A stretch of DNA of 64,000 bases from Adineta vaga (lineage: Eukaryota; Animalia; Rotifera): assembly GCA_021613535.1 (NCBI GenBank), contig CP075493.1, positions 930,001 to 994,000 of the forward strand, written 5' to 3'. How positions within the stretch are numbered: the first letter of the stretch is position 1; each line of letters begins with the position of its first letter. Shown here one piece after another: positions 36,872 through 49,644 of the stretch. The notes beneath the pieces were generated by a model. It was given only the letters and a program-made list of their open reading frames with translations, made no database searches and had not been told where the DNA came from. The position numbers were made by a program, and so were the translations under genes.

Positions 36872-37060
36872 CTATGACGATGTGGAGGACGATTGAATAA
36901 AAGATTGAATTTCAGATGAAGCTGCTATATCATAAGTTGTTTTATTTTGTTTATCTCGACGACTAATACGATTACAAATGTTATTTCCAAGTAAGAGATG
37001 AATTATTTCATGATGATTATTCAAATAAACATGAGCATCAAGAGAAATTCTTCTAGTATT
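36872..37060 (-). pseudogene. Possible ankyrin-repeat remnant
   Basis: NNHHEIIHLLL...RRDKQNKTTYDIA resembles an ankyrin repeat end; no proper start. Confidence 0.35.
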
Positions 37061-37461
37061 CGAATCAATTATGATTAACTTTTCTTTCAATTTCAATAAA
37101 CTTAATTATATTATTTATTTCTAACATTGTTACTCTTTATAAGCATATTTCTAATTTACATTTAAAAATCTTATCAAATGACACATCGTAAAAAAAGAGG
37201 ACACGTTCACATATAGGTAAGTTTCATACAGCACAAGATACGATCTGTTATGACAGCGTTTTTTGCATTTATAAAATAATTAAGAAAAACATTTTTTATC
37301 ACGCGATAACTATGTGAATGTAACCACTTCCTTTTATCGTTTGAAGCTTGACTGATACTCGTGACGATTATAGTGTATAAGTTGAGAGAAAATAAACAGC
37401 ATATTTAAACATAGGTTGTTATTATATTCACATTTCATCGGTATTTGGAGATTCTTAATTA

Positions 37462-38007
37462 ATGGATTATAGTGCACCAAATTTTGAAATTTCCTATGAA
37501 TCTTCCAGAAAAAACTATGTCAGACCAAATGACATGATTCGTTCTCGTTATTATGCACCAAGAAGATTTAATCTAGGAAAAAATGGTCCTATTCGTGCCG
37601 CTATACGTAATCTTCATCCAAGGCCGATCAATAGACCACCCAATGTTGATATTCATCCTAAGGCATCCGAATCATGCCCTATTTTGGGAAATTTTAAAAC
37701 AATAGCTGGAATCGTCGATTCGATCGTATCTGCAATCGGAACTATTTTAGGATTCATCTTTGGAGCTGAACCAAGTTCTAAAGCTATTCTATCATGTATT
37801 TGCTGTGTGACATTTACTACGATTACCGTTACTACAGTTGGTGTTAGTCTCGGTGTCGGTCTTGGAATAGGACTTAACAGAGAAAATGATGAATCAACTA
37901 TCGTTAGTACTATCACAACAATTATTGCAGAAACTACTAGTACTATATCGTCCACTATTAGTACTTTATCGTCCACTACTGTACAAACTACACTAATGCC
38001 TGGGTGA
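37462..38007 (+). CDS. Type II single-pass membrane protein with Thr/Ser-rich tail, unknown function
   Basis: 181-aa ATG ORF with TM segment VGVSLGVGLGIGL and a mucin-like C-terminus. Confidence 0.7.
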   Translation: MDYSAPNFEISYESSRKNYVRPNDMIRSRYYAPRRFNLGKNGPIRAAIRNLHPRPINRPPNVDIHPKASESCPILGNFKTIAGIVDSIVSAIGTILGFIFGAEPSSKAILSCICCVTFTTITVTTVGVSLGVGLGIGLNRENDESTIVSTITTIIAETTSTISSTISTLSSTTVQTTLMPG

Positions 38008-38883
38008 TCTCTATAATAATTAAGAGTGAATTAGTATTAATATGTTGTTTTCATTAATTTTGTATTGCTCTCGTTTTTCTGTAATATGAATAGCTTTTAC
38101 ATGTTCACTTTTTCGTAGAAAAGAGTCTTACAAGAATAAATTGTTTGCTTGCTTGCTTACTTGTGTGTCTGCACTTCATTTATTGGACGAAAAATAAAAT
38201 AAAACTGAAAGATTCTTTTGTTTAATAAGAGTTGATCATAAGGTACTTGAAGGCGAGGATCATAGATCTGAGGTTAGTTTCTAAAATGTGTATAGATTCA
38301 TATTGATTACACATATTTTACTTTCGATATATATAGAAGAAGGAAGAAAATAAATCCATATTCATCCAATGATAATATAATATATTTATGTCATCAGTGT
38401 AATCAAAACTATGAATGATATCATCGTAGATTATCGTTTTAATGTTTTTTTACCTATTCTTTTTATGAACTATTTTTATCTTAAAAACCATGGCTGAATA
38501 TACATAAACAAACGGAGAAAAAAATATATATATCTGTCTATGTCTATTCTTATTTTGATCATTATTTGAAAATATCGTTAGATTAATCGACGAAAAAATA
38601 ATTCCATCTTCTCTTATTGAAGTATAAAAGATAAGAGAGTAGAGATAATTAAACATTGGTCATACAATGATAAATTCAAAAAATAAGTATTTGTTTCTTC
38701 TCTACGAAGATAAATTCTTATTTAAAACTGTTTTTTTCTTTTCTTAGAATAATTTTTCGTAGAGAATTATCTCCCCCATGCAAAATAATACGTTTATGTC
38801 AATTTCGACATCGCTTTTTAGCATCCATAACTTCATCAGTTAAAATAACAATCATATCAGCTCTATTAACAAGCTTAGCGATA

Positions 38884-39200
38884 TTAACCCTTATCCACCC
38901 ACCTGGCGTCCACACGGACCCCAGCTAGTTTCATTCTAATTTTTTGTGTATACAACTATAGGACATATCACATCTCTCTAGATATGCTCTAGTGGAGACT
39001 AGTACAACATACCATTGCTATCATTCGCTTATTGTCATTAGTCATTTAGGACATAAATTATCTAAAAGTAAGAATACCTTCTTTCTGCCCACCTGGGGTC
39101 CGAGTGAGTGCGCGTCTTATTTTTTCACACCGATCTATATCCACACCCTCAAGATGGTGCTGGTTTTCGTCTGGAGCTACATGTGTGTGTAAAATTATTA
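38884..39200. mobile_element. Fragment of a piggyBac-like non-autonomous element
   Basis: TTAA followed by CCCT; repeated subterminal motif CCCACCTGG(C/G)GTCC near 38896 and 39088. No right end found. Confidence 0.4.
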
Positions 39201-40380
39201 CCTCCATAGACCATCACAAAAAGAAAAGAAAAGAAATTTATGAATCACATGTTTCGATAGCCTGAAAGTTGTTCTACAAAACGTGCTATTTACTTTCTCT
39301 TTTACTCTTCTTTCTTTGCTCGAAAAATCAGTTTCAGTTTGTATGAGTCATCCGAAACTATTTGTTTTTTGTCTTCCAATGCGACTATCTCCACGAATGT
39401 GCAAGGTAGAGACTTGAAAACTATATGGCAGTACGAGCATGAGTTAAGAAGTAAAACAAAACAAAAAAAAGTTTATATCAGTCAACAAGAACTGGAGTTA
39501 TAAGCAAAACACGACAAAAAAATCAATCGTACAATAAAGTTGCAATTTACTCATATATATATATTAAATACATTTGATCGACTGTCAAACCGACTTTTTC
39601 CAGCATTATAGGGGGTTAGAAACTTGAGAGTATACCCCTTTTACCGCGAATGCTCGATATTCTCATGGACTGTCTCTTAATAGTGATATTCAAAACTTTT
39701 CTTATGACATTCATTTGTACTCTAATATATTCTTTGAAGTGTCCGTAAGAAATAGAATTCCTCATCATTACAACATATTATTTTTTGCTCGTTAAACTTT
39801 CATTTGTTATTGTAAAACAAACGATGAATCTCATTCTAAAAGTTGTCTTTTCCTTGACAATTCTCATCTTAATTCAATTGGTTTACAATTAATGTTTGTC
39901 TTGTCAATGCTTTTTTCAGTATTCTTATGTTAACCGGTTTATCTTGTCGTATACTCTCAATCATTTCTTTCAATTGAATTTCTATTTATGAAGTTTTTTT
40001 ATGTTCGATATCAAACGAATCAATATCTTTTGAATATTATATTCTTATACAATTATTTAGTAAAATATCGTCTATTTCAATAACATTGAATAATTGTTTA
40101 CAAACTTTAGCATCATTTATATTACTTTCTGATGTATTACTATTAACATTTACAACTAAATCAATGCGTAGTTTTCTAAAAAAAAAAAAGATTTTGAACT
40201 GACTTCGTTTTTTTATTCTGTCAAAAACATGTTCTCGAAGATTCTCAAAATACACGAACATCATCTGTCACCTATTTTTCTTATGATATTTATTCTTTGC
40301 GTACAAATGAAAAGTGGATCCAACGATCATGATTCGCTCTTTCCTGTCTTGATCGCAAGACATTCGATCAGTCATATTAT

Positions 40381-41352
40381 TCAATGATGTTTTGTAACAG
40401 TAAATGGATTTGCTGTATGTTGAACACTAATCGGAATAACTTGATTATTTTGTAAATGAAATAGATTTTTAAGAAATGTTTTGATTGTTTTTCTAAGACG
40501 TGATGATGAAAGAAAATAAATATAAAATGATGAAGCAAAATTCATTGTTATGATAAATAAAGTTAATTGATCAATAAAATATTCAATGATAATTCGTTCA
40601 AAACTTCTCGTTAAATATTCATTGACAGTTGATATAACATAAATGAGATAAATGCATCGAGGAAGTGTGCAAAATATACTTAATATTGTTTGAATTATCA
40701 TCATTTTTGTCATTTGTTGTTCCCAAATTGATAAATGTGTTCGATTACGAAAATGATTCAAATAATGAATATTTTTATATGTTAAAATACCAAATATCAT
40801 TAAAATAACCAAAGGAAGAAGAGTGGAAAAGATGGGTGCAAGAAAATAAACTGAAATATAGGCAAAGAATTCATTGGTAAAGGAACATTGATTAAGATAT
40901 GGATTTATATCACAATAAAATAAATAAGGAAGATTTATTAATGACCAAAATAGAAATGAAATTAGAAATAAATAACGAGCCATATGAATCGAACTTAATT
41001 GACGAATTCGAACAGATCTTGATGTACATGACCAACGATCAAATGATGATAAACAGAGAAATGTCATTCCACATGAAACTGTTAATTGACTGAAATAAAT
41101 TGATAATTTACATGAAATTGTTGATTGAGACATCGATGTTGATGGATAATTTTGTAAGAGAATTATTAATAAAATACCAAAATCAGATATTGATTGACCA
41201 ATTATGTAATAAACAATTGAAGATTGTCGACTTGATTTTGTTCCAAGAAATATTATTAAATTTAGAATTATTCCAGGAAGTCCAATAGAACAAAGAACTA
41301 TTGGACTCCAATAGGATAATTCACGAGCAATTTCCAGAAGACGTAATGACAT
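40381..41352 (-). CDS. Class A (rhodopsin-like) GPCR, intronless
   Basis: Seven hydrophobic segments; TM3 Cys, SFDRW (DRY equivalent), TM6 FCTLP, TM7 SFYIY. Confidence 0.88.
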   Translation of the reverse strand: MSLRLLEIARELSYWSPIVLCSIGLPGIILNLIIFLGTKSSRQSSIVYYIIGQSISDFGILLIILLQNYPSTSMSQSTISCKLSIYFSQLTVSCGMTFLCLSSFDRWSCTSRSVRIRQLSSIHMARYLFLISFLFWSLINLPYLFYCDINPYLNQCSFTNEFFAYISVYFLAPIFSTLLPLVILMIFGILTYKNIHYLNHFRNRTHLSIWEQQMTKMMIIQTILSIFCTLPRCIYLIYVISTVNEYLTRSFERIIIEYFIDQLTLFIITMNFASSFYIYFLSSSRLRKTIKTFLKNLFHLQNNQVIPISVQHTANPFTVTKHH

Positions 41353-43027
41353 TTCCTTTAATGAATATAGAACTTCACTCGTTTTAATCCTTACAGAACA
41401 GATCCTAAACAGATGTATCTTGAATAAAATTTTCTGCGTTATTCTGTCAAAAACAAATCTGAATTAATTGTGTTGCATCTTGAAAATAAGTTCTATTCAA
41501 ATTTGAATTGTAAAGGTTACTAATTCTTTTGAAAATTTTTTTATTCATTTTATCATCTTTTGAGAATATATGTTGAAAGAGCAAAATATTCTTTTCATTT
41601 CCTTTTCACATCATTTCTCTTTCAGGTACTTTAAATCTTTTCGAGAAAACGGTTATGAAACAATTGTAATTTTTACTCTATTCTAAATATTTCAGAAATG
41701 CATATTCCTTCAAACTCATCTACGTGGAAACTACCGTTGGTGACACCTGATTCGAGTAATTAGGTTGAAATAGTAGAAGATAAAAAAGCTTTTTTCTGAA
41801 TTTTCTTGAATTTTTAACGCATTCCGGTGAATCCAACGAAAAAATCGAACTAATACGAATTTCATTGAAAGATAGATGTGAATGAATTTAAACAAAGGAT
41901 GTCATCTCGAGTGATTCTTTCGTTCGGAGCTGAAAATGTGTTTTAAATATCATAAAAGATTAATTAAATGTTAAAATACAAGAAATAAAAGATGAAGCTA
42001 AACTAATAATGAAAGAAAGAATTACTTTGGTGATAAGTTTATAATCAGTTAGAATAATTCAAAGAATTTTACAGCATATTCTTTGAGGATAAGGTCGCGT
42101 CGCTTCTCTCTCTTATAACCCGCCTCACATGCATCCTCACCCTCAAGATTTGAAACATGGTTTTCATCGATGTCAATACAATAAACATATTATTTTTGAT
42201 AAAAAAATGAAAATTTTTTAAAATAGTTCTCGCGCTCTCAGTATTTTTTCCAAAGACGAATATAATATATTCAATGTGCTCAGAATACGAGAAAATCTTT
42301 CGGTTTAATGATGGATTGATATTCAGTTCACCTCTACATTATATTTTCAAGGACCAGTTAAAAATAAAAACAGCGTAATTAAAAATTTTTCCTATTCGAA
42401 CACAAATGAAAACAACTTAAACTATCAGTCCAATCTTTTGTACCGATGTATTATCACATGGTTTGTTTTGTTTCAAGGTAAAGCAAAATACCAGATACCT
42501 CTACGGGTTTTTGGTGACGCATGACTTATTTTTGTTCTTATTGAGTTATCAATGATATAAACTGGATGATATGATAAAAATCATTGAGTTTTGTCGTTGA
42601 GTAAAAAAGATTTCGATGTCAGAAACAATCTAGTCGGAAAAGGATAATTTTGTATTTTCTTGCTTAAAGAAATCAACAGAGATGAGCGAATCCATTGCTT
42701 TTTGAAAGTCTATACCATAGATTGTATAATATCGTGTTCAAGGTAATTCAGTGTAATATTGTCCACTTCGTACATTGCAATGATTTACAATACACAATAG
42801 ATCATTTGTTATTTATAAATATAGTATTATACGGTATACAAAGAAAACGATTATTCATGACATGTTATTACATACAATATCCAAATATTATTGTTTTCAA
42901 ATAGTCTTCGGTCTCCAAGAAGTTTCGAAAAAAGAAAATATCTCTCTCATAGATTTACTATATAAAGCGGTGTTTTTGTTTGGTTATCAAGTATTAACAA
43001 TTGATGGCGAGTAACATAGTAATACCT

Positions 43028-44761
43028 ATGTACGGGAAGCGAGATACGGCAATGAGACCTTCAATTGCTGTTCCTGTTGCTTCGACAGGACCGTAAGTTC
43101 ATTGAAGCATCGTTTATATTTGTATATCATTTTATTTAATTGAAGAAGTCCCGCGATCGGCATTGGTTTTGCAGTTTGCTTTATTATTGGTCTACTTTTT
43201 CTCATTGCTGGAGCAATCGCCATAGGTCTCATTCCAGTTTATCTATCGAGAGGAGATTCTCGAGCACGAACTGCAAGTAAGTGTCATCTGCTTTCCTTTC
43301 ATTACACAATAATTCGAATCTTTGAATTCTGAAACAGCAACAACTCCAGTCACAAATCCAAATCTTCTCTTCTACGCAGTTACAAGTCAAAATCAACTTC
43401 TAACTATTAACACACAAAATCCGAGTGTTATTCTTTCATCAGTACCTTTAACAGGACTCACCGCTGGTGACATCGTGAATAACATCGATTTTCGTCCAGC
43501 ATTTGGTGTATTGTACGGCACAAGCAATGGTCAACTCTATGTAATTAATGAAACTACAGGTGCTGCTCGTGCTATTGGAACTCCATTGAATACTGCCACA
43601 AATGGTAACATCATCTCGATGGAGTTCAGTCCAGTCACCGATTTGCTTCGTATTGTAACTATGACGAGCGGTACTTTTGATGTAAATCCTGAAACGGGTG
43701 TTATTGAAACTTCGAGCGTTCAAAACAATGAAAGGAGAATATCAGTAGCGTTTAACAATAACTTAGCAGGTGCTTCAACATCTACACTATTCATCCTTGA
43801 TCCAACAATGGATGCTCTCTTCCGTCAAAATCCACCAATTGATTTAAGCGTTCCACAAGTTGGATCAGGTTTTGGAATTAATGCTATCGAATCTCAAGGT
43901 TTTGACATTGCTCCCAATGGATTAGCAATTGCTTGTCTTAATGTTAGTAATACTCTCTCACTATTCTCTGTTAATTTGAATAGTGGAACTTTGAGCAGAA
44001 ATCTCGGTCCAATATCTCAACCAGTAGTTTCTATAGCTATACCAACTGTTCCAGTAGCCTATGGTATTACAAGTGCGGACAAGAAACTTCTTATTGTTAA
44101 CTCACTTGATTCTGGTCTTTCGTTCGTGTCGAAAACTATAACAGGCTTAGATGCTGGTGAAACAATACAATCCATAGACGTTCGTCCACTGAACGTACGA
44201 CTCTATGGAGTAAGTACTAATAATCGTCTCTTTGTCGTCGATCCAGGTGCGGGTGGAGTTGAACTCGTAGGCACAGCTCCTATTACACCCACTGTCCAAG
44301 GTACAACTTTTTCTATAGATTTCAATCCAACAGTCGATCGAATTCGTGTTGTAAGTAATACGAGTATTAATCTACGTGTAAATCCAGACACGGCAGTTGC
44401 TATCACAGATGGCAATCTCAATCCCGGTACGCCGAGCATTACAGCAATCGCTTATACTAATAATTTTGCTGGTGCAACGAATACTGTTTTATACGATATC
44501 GACAATCAACGCAATCAGCTTTTCATACAAAATCCACCCAATGGAGGAGCATTAGTTAATGTTGGTTCTCTTGGCGTAACTCCTAGTTCAATCGGTGGTT
44601 TTGATATTGGTGGTAAAACGGGTATTGCTCTCGCTGTCCTAACAATCAATTCGGTAACAAGTGTCTATCGAATTGATTTGAATACTGGTGCAGCAACGAG
44701 TGTTTCTAACACCGTATTTCCTGAGATTATTATAAGTTACGCATTAAGTCTCAATAGATAA
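43028..44761 (+). CDS. Type II membrane protein with two tandem DUF4394 (bacterial-type beta-rich) domains; exons 43028-43092, 43146/43149-43276, 43338-44761
   Basis: DUF4394 motifs IDFRPA..LYG, DFNPTVDRIRVVS..NLRVNP, AYTNNFAGA..T.LYDID, QNPPNGG.L..VG.LG, present twice. TM exon ends GLIPVYL. Splice phases are compatible. Confidence 0.85.
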
Positions 44762-44924
44762 GCAATAAATACTTGTTTGTTAATTTGATCGAATTTATTT
44801 TAAACTTTTTCCTTCTATCACTAACCTTATATAAATAGAAATTTGAAAAGAATTATGACGTTCTTTACTTTTGAGTATGCGTGTGTGTGTGTGAGTGAAC
44901 AATGAAGAATTTTCGGAAGACATT

Positions 44925-46013
44925 TTATCGATGGTTTTGACCTTTTGCTCCATATCTGTTCTTAAATTTATCGACTTTTGACCGTTTAGGTAATTTGTCG
45001 AAGTAAGCTCGTCGAGCTAACTGTGCTTCATTTACAAATACTTTTTTGGGAACAGGATCTGTCAGTGTTGATGTTGTTTCGAAGTACGCATAGAGTTCAA
45101 TACGTCTTAGAAAATCGTCAATAGCACACGAGAGGCTTGAAACAGTTTCAGTCACTGTTGAAGAAGAGGACGCGTCTGTGGATCTATTTTCCCAGTTATC
45201 TGACAAATATTTCATAATAGAAGACTTTCCTGACCTCGATCCATTTATCAATCGATAATCTCCATTCCAAACAAAAGCATTTTCAAAATTTGTAGGAAGA
45301 GGCTGAGTGTCATCATATAAATAAATTTCCGAATCAACTGTTTCACTATGTTCCATAAGAGTTAAATGTTGAATTGATTGTTGATTAAAAAACAACGGGA
45401 AAACATATTCTTCTAAAATTGTATATGTATGGTACCGAAATCGCAAACTAAATACATTTTTATGAGTGAAAATGACGGAGATCAGAGAGAAAATACATTT
45501 GATTGTTTTGAAATCATTTAAATCATATTCATTTCTGGTTAATGCTAGGACGAATCCAGCAGCCGTTTTACGTACTTCTGCTAGGTTATTTGCTCGTTGA
45601 TATCTAATACGTTTTTCTTTATTTCTTTGATTAATAGAATTCAATGAGAATATATTCGGTTCATTGAGAAGTGGCAATGGAAATGATTGTACACCAAGAT
45701 AATCCAATAATTGAAGTACATCTAATATGTTATCATCTTTTGATAGTTCATTAAATAAGGCATATGGTTGTTCAGTAGATAGCGAACGAAAAATAGCCAT
45801 AAACCAATTGTAATGAATTGGATAGTGTAATATATATTCATTTTGATCATTCTGAATGGATGAAAAGTCATCTTTGTGTAATACGAATATCGATAAGAAT
45901 GGAATACGAGCAAGCTCTTGTTCAGTCAGTTGAATCACTTTATCAGAATTATTGAAACGAAATTTGTAGGTTATTGGTTCATTTCTTTCGATGTTTATAA
46001 CAGTTTTCGACAT
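44925..46013 (-). CDS. Uncharacterised protein with a BTB/POZ-like N-terminus
   Basis: 362-aa ATG ORF; ..LARIPFLS..F..I..LQLLDYLGV pattern typical of BTB-like folds. Confidence 0.6.
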   Translation of the reverse strand: MSKTVINIERNEPITYKFRFNNSDKVIQLTEQELARIPFLSIFVLHKDDFSSIQNDQNEYILHYPIHYNWFMAIFRSLSTEQPYALFNELSKDDNILDVLQLLDYLGVQSFPLPLLNEPNIFSLNSINQRNKEKRIRYQRANNLAEVRKTAAGFVLALTRNEYDLNDFKTIKCIFSLISVIFTHKNVFSLRFRYHTYTILEEYVFPLFFNQQSIQHLTLMEHSETVDSEIYLYDDTQPLPTNFENAFVWNGDYRLINGSRSGKSSIMKYLSDNWENRSTDASSSSTVTETVSSLSCAIDDFLRRIELYAYFETTSTLTDPVPKKVFVNEAQLARRAYFDKLPKRSKVDKFKNRYGAKGQNHR

Positions 46014-46199
46014 ATTTTGTTAGAGGAATAATTTTTATGTTGAAAAACAAACTATATACGTATATACGTTTTCTTGATTGTGCAAATCATAAATCATAGG
46101 ATAAGGTTGGTTTTTTCCATTTATTCTTATCATTGGTTAAAAGTCTTAAATTAAATGAGTCAACTAAGAAGAAAAACCCATGGCCAAGCAAACGCCATC

Positions 46200-46880
46200 T
46201 ACATTGACATCTGTACGAAAGCTCGTTTTGCTAGACGTTTGAGATTACGTGCATCCATCGGAGCATCGATAATAACAATTTATTTCGATACCTGCAGGTA
46301 ATCCAGCCATTCGTAGTACATCCTTTGAAATCAAAACTTACGGTGCCTGTACCAGCACCGACATTACCTTCTTCGACATAACCAATTGTTGCTTGATGAA
46401 TCGCACTAAGTATATGATCCTTCGAAATATATCTACTACGAATATCATTAAGAAATCCATCATTAGTCTTATCTACAAGTGGATTAACTATAAACGAACA
46501 TTTTCGTTGCCTGGTTACGTTAATGTATAGTCAATCAGAGCGTCAGCAGTTGTCGGAACACTCAATGTATTCGTTAGAATGATGGGTGTTTCAAGTGTGC
46601 CAATGTTCTTCTACTTGTGTATAGCCTGACAAATTACCGAAACTATTACCAACATAGATTGCTGCTAAACTCTTCTCTTGAAATTGATTACCATCGTGAG
46701 GCAAAATGGCCGTTACACCTGTGCGTATGTTATGTCCTTCAATCAATGTTACTTGACCTACTTGTACACCTGGTACATCAGTTATCATATTTAACGGTCC
46801 AGTTGGCAGAACACCAAATTACGATCCATATAATCACGAGCATGTCTGTGTCCAGCAGCAACAAGAAGTGCCAAAGCCAA
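46200..46880 (-). pseudogene. Peptidase S58/P1 family (DmpA D-aminopeptidase-like) pseudogene, bacterial type
   Basis: GVLPTGPLNMITDVPGVQVGQVTL..RTGVTAILPH, ETPIILTNTLSV, EEGNVGAGTG, DAPMDARNLKRLAKRA. Frameshifts and deletions. Confidence 0.85.
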
Positions 46881-47756
46881 TGATAAGTTAAAGCCAACTT
46901 TCGTCAGGTATTTATAGGCAATTTCACTTGACATTATTCAATGTCGCCCATCAAAACTCTCCCCATTATACAAATATAACTTCCCACTTTTTCTTCCTTT
47001 CAATAAAAATATTTAAAAACGTATAACCTGCCCTTGCATCTAATTGCAATGACTCATTATTCATTCTCTTTTTCTATTAAATGAATTGCGACGCATGATA
47101 GTATACGGACATAGCATATATACACATTAACGAACAAATAAATAAAAATGAATTTATAAAAGAAGATGTTACCTGACAATCTATCGTCTACTGTTTTTTC
47201 TTTCCAAATCTTCATTGGAAAACTTGTTTACTTTGGTTCACAGATATTTATTAACGAAAAATCTTTTAATATCCAAATATCGGCGTTCTTCTCCTGTACA
47301 TAGATTCAAGCACATGTATATTCATTTGTAAACTCAATTTATCTCTTTTTTCTATTTCTTCCTGCTAGTAAGAGCAATATGTCTCGCATTTTCTTGAAAT
47401 CAAATATTTTGTGTTTTATTCTACTTCATAATCACTAAATTCTATGTCGTGTATTCATTTTGACTTCATCCTTTCTTAGTTATATTTCTATTCCAGCAAC
47501 AGTGAATATCATTGAAAAGTAAATCCTTACGTTCTTCAGTTCATTCCAGAACTTTCTGAACTAAAAAAAATGTTTGATGTCACGTACTATCGATGCTATT
47601 CTCTTAGCCTGTCATTCTCTCATTGGTTATTTCTCTTCACTTTCCTTTATAAAACAAGTAATGCACACGTGTTACCTATCCTTTTTTCACATTTGAGACA
47701 TAAACTCTTTCTTGTGTCAAAAACTAACTTGGAGGACACATTTTCTTTCTAATGCC

Positions 47757-48305
47757 ATGAAAATTCTTTATACATTTTCTGCGATTCTGTTTTTTACATG
47801 GACTTTAACAAGTCATGCTCATACACCAGGAACAGTTACTGTTGATAGTTCGACATTTGATAAAATTCTTCGAAATTTTGATATAGTTCTTGTTAAATTT
47901 GATGACAAATATCGTACGTAGAATTCTTTTTCATTATATTCTCATCTTACATTGGTCTTCTTTTAGCTTACGGTGAAAATCAAGATCAATTTAAGAAATT
48001 TGCTGAAAATACTGTGAATATGGAAAATCTTCTCATTGCTGAAATTCCAATCACTGATTATGGTGAAAAAGAAAATGAACAATTAGCAACTGAATATAAA
48101 ATTACAAAAAATGATTTTCCTGTTTATAAATTATTTCTTAGAGGCAGATCACAACCAATCGATTTTACGGGAGAAAGAACAGAAGATGGTCTCAAACGTT
48201 TTCTCTCTCAACATACAAGTAAATATCAATCGAATCTGATAATAAAATTTAGGAAATTCTTTTTTCCTCATAGGTCTTTGGTTTGGTCTACCTGATACAT
48301 TATAG
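47757..48305 (+). CDS. ERP29: ERp29-like protein truncated after the N-terminal thioredoxin-like domain (exons 47757-47913, 47967-48218, 48274-48305); possibly a pseudogene
   Basis: Signal peptide; VLVKFDDKYPYGENQDQF, DYGEKENEQLA.EY.I.K..FPVYKLF. Stop at 48303 right after LWFGLPDTL; no helical D-domain or ER-retention signal. Confidence 0.8.
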
Positions 48306-48907
48306 ATATGTAATGGTGTACCGTCAAAATTGTAAGTACTACTTATATAAAGAACAGAAACAGGGATATATTTAATAATCATTCAGCAATTTGTTGTAAA
48401 CATCTTCTTTGATTGATAAATCGTACTAAAGACAGAAATATATTGATTTAGTTTTTGTACATCCAGAAAAAGGAAATCGACAGCAGGTTGATGATTTATA
48501 TTGGCGCTATTTTTTATGTTCTCTACAAAACACCCATATTGATAGTGTGAGTGAGTGCTCATTTTTCAGACACGATTATATCGTATAACATTAAAGTGAA
48601 GTTTAAAAGAACTGATTGATAGATATCACTCATTCAAAAGGTCTATTGATGTATTTAATGGTATCGCAAATGAAGTGAAATGATGAGTCATTTTTTAGTA
48701 TAGTCGTACATGGTTATAACTATAGGTATTCATTATTATAATTCAGTTCGATCGTTCTTCTTCCAACTTTATCATTATCACATCGTATGTTTTTTTCATG
48801 ACATTCGTTCATGCGTGTCTACTTGTTTTTATCTATACTATAAGAGAACAAATGAGACGAAATATTTAAATTCTATACAATCGAAAGTATTAGATAAAAC
48901 AAACTAG

Positions 48908-49644
48908 ATGGATAAAATACATACAGAATTTGATCGGAATGAGGTAGATCTTCTTCTATTTGACGATAATACATGTACCTCTAATGATGAATCACCAAAC
49001 CTAAACAATCTCAATTTTCCATGGCCTTTAATTAATGTAATTAAAAACTACAAGGAAATTTTTCATCAAAAATCAAAACTGTTTAAACATTTGTTATCTT
49101 CATATTACTTTCAACTCTCGGTGATATTTATGATTTCAATTGTTTTCGTTCACTGTAGTCTCGGATTTCAAGAAGATTCATGCTGTTATAGATACCCTAT
49201 GATATTTACCTTTTTTACTGTTCAAGGCGCATTCGGTCTTTTTATTGTATCAGCTCATGTAAGCTCAATCGCTTTCCGGTACGTAAACTTTTGAAGTTCC
49301 ATTCACATAATTTATATTAATCGACTTACTTATAAATTCACCAGAATTTTTTATCTATTCTTTTTAGTTGGACACCATCTAAGATGACGCGTTTACCATT
49401 TGAACGACGATATGCTATTCAAATATTCTTGGCTACTGCGAATCTGGTTACCATTCTTTGTATTATCTGGTTTTTTATTGGTCATATTTGGATCTTCTTA
49501 CAAATAGAGCATGACATATGGCACGACAGTCAAAGAGATAGAAGAGCAACCATATTTGGCATAATAATGTTTATTATTCAATATATTGTCGGTATTTGGT
49601 TACTTTACTGTTGGATTCAAAATAATCCACAAATTGTACACTGA
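48908..49644 (+). CDS. Small four-TM membrane protein, 2 exons (48908-49278, 49369-49644)
   Basis: Four hydrophobic segments, IWFFIGHIWIF. The frame stays open about 38 codons past the TGA at 49642-49644. Confidence 0.6.
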
